64,000 nt of DNA from an uncultured Mycoplasmatota bacterium (GTDB lineage: Bacteria; Bacillota_I; Bacilli_A; RF39; UBA660), in NCBI GenBank assembly GCA_946498975.1, contig CAMMQC010000004.1:1950-65949 (forward strand), written 5' to 3'. This document shows positions 37,904 through 46,821 of the stretch, piece by piece. A program made the position numbers and the translations under genes. The notes beneath the pieces were generated by a model. It was not told the origin of the DNA and ran no database searches. It saw only the letters and a program-made list of their open reading frames with translations. Numbering within the stretch: the first letter of the stretch is position 1; each line of letters opens with the position of its first letter.

Positions 37904-39394
37904 TTAATATATCCTTACTTTTTCACCTTGTTTTTTATTATTTAACTTAGAGTCAATAAAACTCCATATCTCTTCATATGATAAAAGGCCACTATTTGTT
38001 CCACTTGATGCCAAGCTAAATAGTTCTTCCACTTTTTTGTTGAGCAAGTCTAAAAAGTTACTTTTATTTTTTTCTATTAGTTCACTTAACTTAGCCTTTA
38101 AGCTGGTTAATTCATTAATTGTAATATTTGGATAATCTAATTCGTCAAATATGTCTGTTTCTTGCTCTTTGCTATCTTTTATTATGCTCATATTTTTTAG
38201 ACTATTTATTAGATTAATTTTATCTTTTATAGATTCTATTTGTTCTACAAATAATATTTCTTTTTTATTTAATTCTTCTAATAAATTTAATTTAATATCT
38301 TCCTTGGTAATCATTTCTATTTTTTCTTTTAAAGAATTTAAATCGTTTAATGTTTTACATTCGTTAATATCATTTAAAGTTATTTCTTGTTCTTTAGCAC
38401 TTTCTGATATTATTTCATCAAGTAATTGTAATTCATCTTCATAGCCAAATTCTATCAGTATTTTCTTTAATCTTTCGACATTTTTTCTATCTTGACTTTC
38501 TATAATGATATTTAAATAGTTATTAATTATTTCTTTTAATAGTAAATCTAATTTATTAGCTAGTAATCTAGTACTACTTTTCTCTTTTATATTTAAATTT
38601 TGTTTATTAAGGTATGTTGTTAGCATATTTTTATAATTCAATACTGTCATATAATCTTCTAATAAATATTCTATAGTGATATTAGGTAGCAATGCTTCTA
38701 TATTTGTTTTTAAATAATTAAATGTTTTTTCTTGTACTAAGTTTTCTTCTGGTGTTTGTACCTCTTCTTTAGCTACTTCATTATTTTTTTCTATATAAGA
38801 CTTTATTATTTCTTCTTCTTTAGATAATCTATCATGCCAAATCTTGTTTTTATCTTGTTCTGCTTCTTTTTTATATGCAATTAAAGCTTCATAGATGTTA
38901 TTTCCGTTATTATCTTTGCATAGAAGGTCATACTCATCACCTAAGGTATCAATTAAAACGGAAGTATCACCAGTATATGTTTCACTAGCAAGAGCGGTAT
39001 GAATTATGCTATCACCATCATTATCTTTAATATTAACATCAAAATTATATTTTTTAGCTAAAGAAATTAATTTAATAATAAATTCGGTTGAATATGAGTA
39101 ATCTTCTTCATTTTCTGTATACCCATAAAGTGCTAAGTGAATAAAACTATAGCCTGTACTTTCACCTTTTAAATTAACATCAACACCACTTTGTAATAAT
39201 GTATCTATGAATTTTAAAGTTTTATCTTCAGGAAATTTATTTTGAACAGCAGCATGTAATAAGCCTCCATATTGATTAGTTTTATTTATATTATTAAAAT
39301 ATTCTTTTATATTTTCAGATGTAATTTCATCTAATTTATGTTCTTTTAAAAAGTTAATAACTTTTGTATTAATTTCTGTTTCCAAAATAATCAC
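37904..39394 (-). CDS. Ankyrin-repeat protein with a C-terminal coiled-coil region
   Basis: 496 aa. The ANK-like units include 'GGLLHAAVQN...LLQSGVDVNLKGESTGYSFIHLAL' and 'DVNIKDNDGDSIIHTALA'. The C-terminal 300 aa is E/K/L-rich with heptad-like periodicity. The start is uncertain (GTG 39394 or TTG 39385). Confidence 0.6.
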   Translation of the reverse strand: MIILETEINTKVINFLKEHKLDEITSENIKEYFNNINKTNQYGGLLHAAVQNKFPEDKTLKFIDTLLQSGVDVNLKGESTGYSFIHLALYGYTENEEDYSYSTEFIIKLISLAKKYNFDVNIKDNDGDSIIHTALASETYTGDTSVLIDTLGDEYDLLCKDNNGNNIYEALIAYKKEAEQDKNKIWHDRLSKEEEIIKSYIEKNNEVAKEEVQTPEENLVQEKTFNYLKTNIEALLPNITIEYLLEDYMTVLNYKNMLTTYLNKQNLNIKEKSSTRLLANKLDLLLKEIINNYLNIIIESQDRKNVERLKKILIEFGYEDELQLLDEIISESAKEQEITLNDINECKTLNDLNSLKEKIEMITKEDIKLNLLEELNKKEILFVEQIESIKDKINLINSLKNMSIIKDSKEQETDIFDELDYPNITINELTSLKAKLSELIEKNKSNFLDLLNKKVEELFSLASSGTNSGLLSYEEIWSFIDSKLNNKKQGEKVRIY

Positions 39395-39418
39395 TTCCCA
39401 TATTCATAAATTGCTCTT

Positions 39419-39447
39419 ATACTATCATATTAAGTATTTTTTATCAA
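39419..39447 (-). promoter_or_regulatory. Putative promoter of the ankyrin operon
   Basis: On the minus strand: TTGATA (39447..39442), a 17-nt spacer, then TAGTAT (39424..39419). Confidence 0.45.
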
Positions 39448-39467
39448 CTAAAAATAACCATTGCTAG

Positions 39468-39975
39468 TTACTTTACTCTATTAGGATTCATCATTTTAGT
39501 GAAGGTTCTACCTTTTTCTTCTATAGATTTATCTTCTTGTGGAAAGTCTTCCATAAATTTAATCCATTTATCTGCTACTTCTTTATATGACATATCACTT
39601 CTAGTTGGTTTGGCAAATCCACAGTCTTTCCATATAACTCTATCACCTGGATAATTTCTACTACGAACATCTTCTAATTTTTTTCCACAGACTATGCACT
39701 GACAAGTCCAATAAACTTTTCCTTCGTAAGTATCTTCTGAAAAATCATAAAAATACCAAGTTGGGTGAGGACATCTTTCCTGTTCAGCAGTAATTATTTC
39801 TTCATATAAACTACGCCATTTTTTATTAGTAGCATTAAGTTTATTATCTGTATCAACAAATTCTTTTACAAATTCATTTTCAAGCAGTTCATCTCTTTTT
39901 GTAATTATTGCGATTCTACTTTGAACTAATTCGGCATATTCTTGTTTTTTTTAATTTTAATTCTTCATCAGTCAT
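39468..39975 (-). pseudogene. Frameshifted Cys-rich small gene (about 168 aa if restored), interrupted at an A8 homopolymer
   Basis: ATG 39975 sits behind the AGGAGGG RBS. Frame 0 stops after 19 codons. Removing one A from the A8 run (39952..39945) gives a continuous reading frame, MTDEELKLKKQEYAELV...CPHPTWYF...WTCQCIVCGKKL...NPNRVK. The total length is 508 nt, which is 3n+1. Confidence 0.55.
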
Positions 39976-40015
39976 AATTAAACCCTCCTACTTATAGGAT
40001 AGCTTATTTAACTGT

Positions 40016-41512
40016 CTAAATCAAGTTATTACCAGTCATTTCTTCTGGTTTTTCTATATCCATATATTTTAATATTGTGGGAGCGATATCTCCTAATTTA
40101 CCTGTTTTTATTTCTTTGATATTATGGTCTGTAATAATAAATGGAACAGGACTAGTAGTGTGCGCAGTTATTACTTCTCCTTTTTCATCTTCCATAATTT
40201 CAGAATTACCATGATCTGCTGTTATGAACATTGTAAAGTCTTTCTCCTTACTTGCTTTATAAAGTCTTCCAATATTTTCATTAACGGCTTTTACAGCTTC
40301 TACAACTTTATCAAATTTACCAGTATGTCCTACCATATCACAGTTAGCAAAGTTTAGGATGATTAAATCATATTTATCCATAACTTCTATTAGTTTATCT
40401 GTTACTTCATAAGCACTCATAGCAGGATACATATCATAAGTTGCTACATCTTTTCTTGGAACAATTATTTTATCTGTATTAGGAATATCTTTTTCTTCTC
40501 CTCCATCAAAGAAGTATGTAACATGTGGATATTTACTAGCTTCTGCTATTCTTAATATTTTTAACCCCTTTGATGCCGCATATTCTCCTAATGTATTAGT
40601 TAAGTGCATTGGTGGAAAAGCAGGTGTTGCAATAACTGTATGCTCTGGAGTCATCATTGTAACTAGTTCTACATTTTTAAAATCTACTCTTGGGAACTCT
40701 TTAAAGTCTTTATTAGTTAGAGCAGTGAAGGTTTGAGTAATACGGTCTGGTCTAAAGTTAAGCATTACCATACCATCATTTTCTTTAAGGGTTCCATCAT
40801 CTATTAATTTAGCAGGTACAATAAACTCATCCATAATATTTTGTTTATATGAGTCTTCAATATAATCTTTATATGAATCTATTTTTGGTCCATCTCCATG
40901 TACTAATAAGTCATAATACTTCTTAGTAACATTCCACATTCTTTCTCTATCCATAGAATAATATCTTCCAGAAATATCTGCTAGTTTACCAAAGCCTAGT
41001 TCATTAAGTTTATCATTCAATTCATCTAGAAATTTAAGAGCGACATCTGGAAGGGTATCTCTACCATCTAGGAAAGCATGAACATAGACATTATGAAAAT
41101 TTTCTTTTTTACATAGGTCTAACATTGCAAAGAAGTGATTAATATGTGAATGAACTCCTCCATCACTTAATAGTCCAAATAAATGTAGAGCTGAATTATT
41201 TTCTTTACAATGATTAATTATATCTAATAAAACTTTATTTTTAAAGAAACTACCATCTTCTATAGCATGATTAATTTGCATAAGAGGCTGGTCTACAACA
41301 CGTCCTGCTCCTATATTTAAATGTCCTACTTCACTATTACCCATTTGTCCAGCTGGAAGTCCAACTGCTTCACCACTTGCTTCCAAAGTAGTATGAGGAT
41401 ATTCTTTCCATAAATTTATAATATTTTCTGGGTTAGCTGTGATTATAGCATTACCTTTCTTTTCTTCTCTATATCCAAAGCCATCTATTATTGTTAATAA
41501 TACTTTTTTCAT
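40016..41512 (-). CDS. gpmI: 2,3-bisphosphoglycerate-independent phosphoglycerate mutase
   Basis: 498 aa with 'LTIIDGFGY', 'GNSEVGHLNIGAGR', 'LLSDGGVHSH' and 'TADHGN'. Confidence 0.96.
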   Translation of the reverse strand: MKKVLLTIIDGFGYREEKKGNAIITANPENIINLWKEYPHTTLEASGEAVGLPAGQMGNSEVGHLNIGAGRVVDQPLMQINHAIEDGSFFKNKVLLDIINHCKENNSALHLFGLLSDGGVHSHINHFFAMLDLCKKENFHNVYVHAFLDGRDTLPDVALKFLDELNDKLNELGFGKLADISGRYYSMDRERMWNVTKKYYDLLVHGDGPKIDSYKDYIEDSYKQNIMDEFIVPAKLIDDGTLKENDGMVMLNFRPDRITQTFTALTNKDFKEFPRVDFKNVELVTMMTPEHTVIATPAFPPMHLTNTLGEYAASKGLKILRIAEASKYPHVTYFFDGGEEKDIPNTDKIIVPRKDVATYDMYPAMSAYEVTDKLIEVMDKYDLIILNFANCDMVGHTGKFDKVVEAVKAVNENIGRLYKASKEKDFTMFITADHGNSEIMEDEKGEVITAHTTSPVPFIITDHNIKEIKTGKLGDIAPTILKYMDIEKPEEMTGNNLI

Positions 41513-41524
41513 TTTCCACTCTCC

Positions 41525-42802
41525 TTAATATAATTGTTCATTTAAACAGAATATAGCATATATTGGTAAGTACCTAACATTTTTCTTTGTTGAAAAGTTA
41601 TTTTCTGTAATACGGAAAGCCTCTGTTACAATATATTTTTTCATAAATACTGATAGACTCTTTACTTTAGAACCTTGTTTAGTAGCAAGTTCTATAGGAA
41701 TAATCTTACCCATCCTATTTTGAATAACAAAGTTAACTTCTGCTTTTCCTTCTGACTGATAATAATATAGGGAATAACCTGCTTCTACTAAAGTATGAGC
41801 GATATGATTTTCATATAATGCTTGTTTAATATTATCATCTACTGATAGTCTATCTTTAGTTAAGTTATATCTCATACTTAAAAGTCCATCATCTGGTAGA
41901 TATAGTTTAAAACTATCAAGTTCTCTACAACTAGATAAAGGAGACTTTGCTACTCTTATTTTGTATGAACGATAAACTAATTGATTAATTACTAAAAAGT
42001 TAATTGAGTTTTCATACTCTTTAGCTCTTCTACCATAACCTAAAACACCATATTGAAACTTTTTATTTTCTTTTTCTAGTTGTTTAGGAATACTTTCCAT
42101 AACTTCGATACCACGTTCTATATCTATTAAGTTTTTACTATTTAATAGTTCACTTTTATTTATATCAAAGACTCTTTCTTTAATACTATCAAGATATCCA
42201 TAATGTTTTTTAGTAGCGAATGCTTCTACTACTTCAGGAAGTCCTCCTGTTATTAAATAGTCATAAAAGAAATCTAAAGCTTTAGTATGAACACTACAAC
42301 TTCTATGATTATCATAAGCATATCTTATTTTATCTGCTGTTTCTTTTTCTTCAATAGCCCACAAGAATTCTTCATAGTCCATTTCTGTCATTATTTTATA
42401 TTGAAATTCTTCTCCTCTAAACTTTAATAGAGAATCTCTACTTGATGTAATAGCGATAACATGATAATCATTTTTATCATAACCAAATAGTTTTATCCCT
42501 TTAATTATCTCTTCATCTGTAACATTATCAAAGATTATTAAGGTATCATTTTTAACTATAGGAACTTCTGATATTATACTTAAAGCTTCTGCTAATCTTG
42601 TAATAGATCTTTCTTTTTTAAATAAGTCTTTTATAATTGTGTTATGATCAGTATTAAAGTAAGCGACATGTTGGTAATTATTTTTACCAAACTCTATTGC
42701 TGTATATGTTTTACCTACTTGTCTTGTTCCAATAATTAATAAAGGCTTTCTTATTAAATCTGTTTTCCATTTTAGTAAGAATTTATTTATTTTTCGTTCC
42801 AT
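41525..42802 (-). CDS. AAA-family ATPase (DUF4143-type)
   Basis: 425 aa with the Walker A 'GTRQVGKT' and Walker B-like 'LIIFDNV'. The C-terminal region resembles the common ATPase+DUF4143 architecture. Confidence 0.65.
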   Translation of the reverse strand: MERKINKFLLKWKTDLIRKPLLIIGTRQVGKTYTAIEFGKNNYQHVAYFNTDHNTIIKDLFKKERSITRLAEALSIISEVPIVKNDTLIIFDNVTDEEIIKGIKLFGYDKNDYHVIAITSSRDSLLKFRGEEFQYKIMTEMDYEEFLWAIEEKETADKIRYAYDNHRSCSVHTKALDFFYDYLITGGLPEVVEAFATKKHYGYLDSIKERVFDINKSELLNSKNLIDIERGIEVMESIPKQLEKENKKFQYGVLGYGRRAKEYENSINFLVINQLVYRSYKIRVAKSPLSSCRELDSFKLYLPDDGLLSMRYNLTKDRLSVDDNIKQALYENHIAHTLVEAGYSLYYYQSEGKAEVNFVIQNRMGKIIPIELATKQGSKVKSLSVFMKKYIVTEAFRITENNFSTKKNVRYLPIYAIFCLNEQLY

Positions 42803-42912
42803 TTAGTGTAGTCACCTCCCACATCTTCTAATATAAGTATATATATTTTCTAATATTTAGTCAATATTTTTACAAAATAAAAAGACTACTACTGCTCGTC
42901 TTAATAATATTA

Positions 42913-43689
42913 TTACTGCCTAATTGCATCTTGATGAAATTCAAGACGAAGTTTATCTGCGACTGTGACAATAAATTCTGAATTAGTTGGTTTAGCTTTA
43001 TCAATATCAACACTATGTCCAAAGATATCTTCCATTAACTGCCAATTACCTCTATTCCAACTTACTTCAATGGCATGTCTTATAGCACGTTCTACACGAG
43101 AGACAGTTGTATCAAACTTCTCTGCTATGTCAGGATATAGTTCTTTAGTAATTCCACCTATTACTTCAGGATGTTCATATAACACTGTAATACCTTCTCT
43201 TATATATTGATAGCCTTTAATATGTGATGGAACACCTAACTCATGTAATATCTTTGTTATTGATACTTGTAAGTTATTATATTTCATATCAATAGTTTTC
43301 TTATCATAATCATTCTTACTACTACACTCTAATATTCTCTTTTCAAGTTCAGTTAATTCAAAAGGTTTCAATATGAAGTAACTAATACCTAATTCACTAG
43401 CTTCTCTTATAACTTCTTGAGTATTAAATGAAGTTAAAACTATTACTTTCTTATCTAATTTCTTTTCTTTCATATCTTTTAGAACACTCATACCATCTTT
43501 ATTAGGCATAATAAGGTCAAGAACAATTACATCATAATCCTCTTGATTATTTTCTATTAGGTTTAATCCTTCTACTCCATCATTCGCAGTTAAAGTAACT
43601 TCTATTTCTTTATTATCTTTAAAGTACTCCTTCACCATTTTAACTAGTTCAATATTATCATCAATCATTAATACGTTGGTCTTTTTCAT
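42913..43689 (-). CDS. spo0A: Sporulation master regulator Spo0A
   Basis: It has a receiver domain ('VLMIDDN', '[13 protein letters not shown]') and a Spo0A-specific C-terminal DNA-binding domain ('[12 protein letters not shown]' and '[15 protein letters not shown]'). The start is set at the ATG behind AAGGAG. The track ORF extends to 43704. Confidence 0.88.
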   Translation of the reverse strand: MKKTNVLMIDDNIELVKMVKEYFKDNKEIEVTLTANDGVEGLNLIENNQEDYDVIVLDLIMPNKDGMSVLKDMKEKKLDKKVIVLTSFNTQEVIREASELGISYFILKPFELTELEKRILECSSKNDYDKKTIDMKYNNLQVSITKILHELGVPSHIKGYQYIREGITVLYEHPEVIGGITKELYPDIAEKFDTTVSRVERAIRHAIEVSWNRGNWQLMEDIFGHSVDIDKAKPTNSEFIVTVADKLRLEFHQDAIRQ

Positions 43690-43771
43690 TTTCTCTCCTT
43701 CCATATACTACCACGCATCTTAATTATATAACAGATAATGAAAATTTGATAGAGTAAAAAAAGAGAGATTT

Positions 43772-43778
43772 TGTCGAA
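43772..43778 (+). promoter_or_regulatory. Possible Spo0A-binding 0A box upstream of spo0A
   Basis: An exact TGTCGAA heptamer lies about 85 nt upstream of the spo0A start. There is only one copy, so support is weak. Confidence 0.3.
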
Positions 43779-43791
43779 AAAGAAAAAAGTT

Positions 43792-44847
43792 TTAATCTTT
43801 AATAGTTAAAACTTTGTGTTTAGGTAATTCTAATTTAGGCAAGTTTTGTTTTATTAAACTATAATTAATCTCACCATTATAAGTACTATCTACACTAAAA
43901 GACAAACCATCTTTTTCTGCTAATTCTCTCAAATAATTTAATCTTACAATCCAAGAATCATCTTCTCTTTGACAATATATAGTAGGATTACTATCTATCG
44001 CTATGTATTTCATAATACCATCTGCTTTTAAAATTTTAAAATCTTTAGTTAATGCTTCAAATGTACTTTCTGTTATGTCATCATCATAATTTATGATTAT
44101 TCCACTTTCTTTTACAGTGTAACTACCTACTTTAAGGTTAGAGTCATTTTCTACATTTGATTTTAAATTGCTATATAGTACTCTTGTATAGTAATCAATA
44201 CTATTTTCAAGTAGGTGTTTTTCTATTATATTACGTTCTAATTCTAATTGCTCTAAATACCTTTGATTAGCATCTTCTCTAATTTGATTTAATTCTTCAC
44301 TTTTAGTTCTATTTTTTCCTGTTTGTAATTTAGGTATATTAGCAATAATCATATATGTTGTATAAAACATTTCACTTTTTTCGTTAGGCTCTTGTACTTC
44401 AAAAATAAAGTTGTCTTTTTCTGCTAGCTCTTTTATATATGAAGGACGTATATATATAACTTCTTCATCTTCATCTCGTTTTACTAATTTCCCATCTTTT
44501 TTAAGTTCTATTGGTCTTTCTCTAATTATTGGATTACTTTTATGTTTATCGGATATATATTTAGATATTACTTTTTCTATAATTTTATTATTTGTAACTT
44601 TTTTACACCAGGAAATAAACTGGGAATATTCAACAGAAGGATAGCTTGAAATGCTCTCATTATCTCCAAAAGGCACTGCAAGATTTGTTGTTGGATTATT
44701 TGTTGCTTGTTTCTTTAAAATTTCATTAAGTGCATTGTAGTAAGCAATACTATTTTCTTTTATAGCATTTTCTATCATTTCTAAGGCTTCTTCCTGAATT
44801 TCAATAGACTCATTTCTTATTCCTATTAATTCTTCTAAATTTGGCAT
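43792..44847 (-). CDS. Hypothetical protein with an internal tandem duplication (351 aa)
   Basis: The two halves are similar in order: 'ENSIAYYNALNEIL' / 'ENSIDYYTRVLYSNL'; 'IRPSYIKELAEKDNFIFEV' / 'VRLNYLRELAEKDGLSFSV'; 'NIPKLQTGKN' / 'NLPKLELPKH'. Confidence 0.5.
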   Translation of the reverse strand: MPNLEELIGIRNESIEIQEEALEMIENAIKENSIAYYNALNEILKKQATNNPTTNLAVPFGDNESISSYPSVEYSQFISWCKKVTNNKIIEKVISKYISDKHKSNPIIRERPIELKKDGKLVKRDEDEEVIYIRPSYIKELAEKDNFIFEVQEPNEKSEMFYTTYMIIANIPKLQTGKNRTKSEELNQIREDANQRYLEQLELERNIIEKHLLENSIDYYTRVLYSNLKSNVENDSNLKVGSYTVKESGIIINYDDDITESTFEALTKDFKILKADGIMKYIAIDSNPTIYCQREDDSWIVRLNYLRELAEKDGLSFSVDSTYNGEINYSLIKQNLPKLELPKHKVLTIKD

Positions 44848-44867
44848 AATATCACTTCCTTAGCTTA

Positions 44868-45557
44868 CTATTGTAACTTATCAAGAAACTCTTGTAAAGA
44901 AGAAAGTTTTAAAGATATTCCTCCTAATAGAAAGCCATCTATATTTTTAACTTGTTTTAATTCATCAATATTCTTTTCATTAGCACTACCACCATATAAT
45001 ACTTTTTTATGATATGTTTCTTTTAACATAGTAGTTACTTTTTCAATATCGTCATTAGTTGGAACAATACCTGTACCTATTGCAAAAATAGGTTCATAGG
45101 CAATAATAAAGTCTTTAGATTTATCTATATCACTTAGTAGATAGTCCATATCTTTTTTTATTTTATCAACATAAGTACCACTTTCATGTTCTTCTAAAGT
45201 GTCTCCTATACAGATAATTGGTATTAAGTCATTAGAAAAAGCTTGTTCTAATTTTTGTTTACTAATATCAAGATTTTCATTCATCTTAGTAGTTCTTTCA
45301 CTATGGTTAATTAAGGTGTATGTAGCTCCTAATGATTTAATGGCTTTTGCAGTAACTTCTCCTGTATATGCTCCCATTGGTTTACTACTTACATCTTCTG
45401 ATGCAAATGTTATGTTATCTGGTATTAATGGTAAGTAACAGACACTTGGTATTAAAATCATTTCATGATTATAGGTATTTAAGTTTTTATAATCTTCTAA
45501 GTACTTTAGTATCTCATCTTTCGTAAAATTACTCTTGTGATTTAAGGCTACTATCAT
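44868..45557 (-). CDS. tpiA: Triosephosphate isomerase (short, divergent)
   Basis: 'GAYTGEVTAKAIKSLGATYTLINHSER', 'IAYEPIFAIGTG', 'YGGS' and 'LLGGISL'. The N-terminal motif is 'ALNHKSN' instead of the usual 'GNWKMN'. The ATG at 45557 is better spaced from an RBS than the one at 45569. Confidence 0.85.
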   Translation of the reverse strand: MIVALNHKSNFTKDEILKYLEDYKNLNTYNHEMILIPSVCYLPLIPDNITFASEDVSSKPMGAYTGEVTAKAIKSLGATYTLINHSERTTKMNENLDISKQKLEQAFSNDLIPIICIGDTLEEHESGTYVDKIKKDMDYLLSDIDKSKDFIIAYEPIFAIGTGIVPTNDDIEKVTTMLKETYHKKVLYGGSANEKNIDELKQVKNIDGFLLGGISLKLSSLQEFLDKLQ

Positions 45558-46797
45558 TTTTCTTTCCATCCTTCCATTTATTTTTTATTTTTTCCACAAT
45601 TCTTGTGGATAAAGCTTGTTTTTTATTGTGTTTTGTTATCGCTACTTTATAAACTTCTAAGACAGAGTCAGCAAAACTTGATAGTGAATATTTCTTAACA
45701 GATCCTTCGGCTTTATCTGTTAAATTATCAAGTTCTAATTTATTAGTAGATAACTCTTCTACTATTTCTAAGCATTCTTTTTCATCTTTAAAGATACGGC
45801 CATTAAAGTTATCAACAACTGCACTCTTAAAGGCATCATCATCAATACATATTACTGGTAAGGATGCTGCTAAGGCTTCTATTACTGTTAACCCCTGTGT
45901 TTCTGTAGTAGATGCTGTTATAAAAGCATTAGAGACATGATAGTAGTTTGGCATATCAATCCAAGCAACTTTACCTGTAAACTTTATTCTATCTTCAAGG
46001 CCTCTTTCTTTAACTTCTTTTTTATAATTCTCTTCATCTGGACCATAACCTACTATTAGTAGTTTGATATTCTTATTTTTAGTCTTTTCTATAACATCAA
46101 AAAGAAATGGTACGTTTTTCTCTTGAGCTAATCTTCCCACAAATAACATGACAAAGTCTTTTCTTTTATATCCTAAATAACGTCTTAAACGGGTTACTTT
46201 TAGTTTGTCGCTATTTTCTTTATAAAACCTTGAAGCATCTAATCCTGTAGGTACTATATATATATCTTTGTCATAATGATATTCATCTCTAAATAAGTGA
46301 TATGTCTTTACGGTTGGAACGATAAAAGCATCAGCTGTGTTATCACAATAGAACTTACTTAAATATTCAACTGCTTTCTTACATCCCATATCAAAGAATT
46401 TTATATTTCTTGAAACATACCAAGTATAGTCTTTATACATAGTATGATAAGTATGTACTAGAGGTATATTATATTGTTTAGCGAATAGTCTTGCAAATAT
46501 TCCCATACTAAGTTCTGTGTGTGAGTGAATTAATTGTAAATCCCATGATTTAATCCAGTTTATTACTTTTAGAGGATAGATACTAGACATTCTATAGTCA
46601 TATATTCCTAAAGGAATACCGGGAATTTTTAGTATTCTTTCTTTTTCATTATAGTCATAGGTCTTACTATCCTGTCCTACTGTAACTATATAAACTGTAT
46701 GGCCTTTTTGTTCAAGAGCTTTTTTTAAGGTTTCAACACTTGTTATTACTCCATTAACAGATGGTACATAAGAATCTGTAAATAGACCTATTCTCAT
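45529..46797 (-). CDS. GT4-family glycosyltransferase (glycolipid-synthase-like)
   Basis: 422 aa with 'MRIGLFTDSYVPSVNGV', 'HSHTE', 'GRLAQEKN' and the EX7E-type 'ETQGLTVIEALAASLPVI'. Its 3' tail overlaps the tpiA start region. Confidence 0.8.
   Translation of the reverse strand: MRIGLFTDSYVPSVNGVITSVETLKKALEQKGHTVYIVTVGQDSKTYDYNEKERILKIPGIPLGIYDYRMSSIYPLKVINWIKSWDLQLIHSHTELSMGIFARLFAKQYNIPLVHTYHTMYKDYTWYVSRNIKFFDMGCKKAVEYLSKFYCDNTADAFIVPTVKTYHLFRDEYHYDKDIYIVPTGLDASRFYKENSDKLKVTRLRRYLGYKRKDFVMLFVGRLAQEKNVPFLFDVIEKTKNKNIKLLIVGYGPDEENYKKEVKERGLEDRIKFTGKVAWIDMPNYYHVSNAFITASTTETQGLTVIEALAASLPVICIDDDAFKSAVVDNFNGRIFKDEKECLEIVEELSTNKLELDNLTDKAEGSVKKYSLSSFADSVLEVYKVAITKHNKKQALSTRIVEKIKNKWKDGKKNDSSLKSQE
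45590..45612. repeat. Inverted DnaA-box-like pair (copy 4)
   Basis: The minus strand reads TTATCCACAAGAATTGTGGAAAA. It differs from copy 1 at one spacer position. It lies 33 nt upstream of the tpiA ATG and inside the C-terminal tail of the GT4 ORF. Confidence 0.6.
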
Positions 46798-46821
46798 AAA
46801 GTTTCCTCCTTTAGTAATATT

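Noticed and set aside
41525-42802. The AAA/DUF4143 ATPase as a marker of a defence island or mobile element.
   Set aside because: This architecture is widespread as a stand-alone gene. There is no adjacent nuclease, methylase, recombinase or repeat to support a system call.
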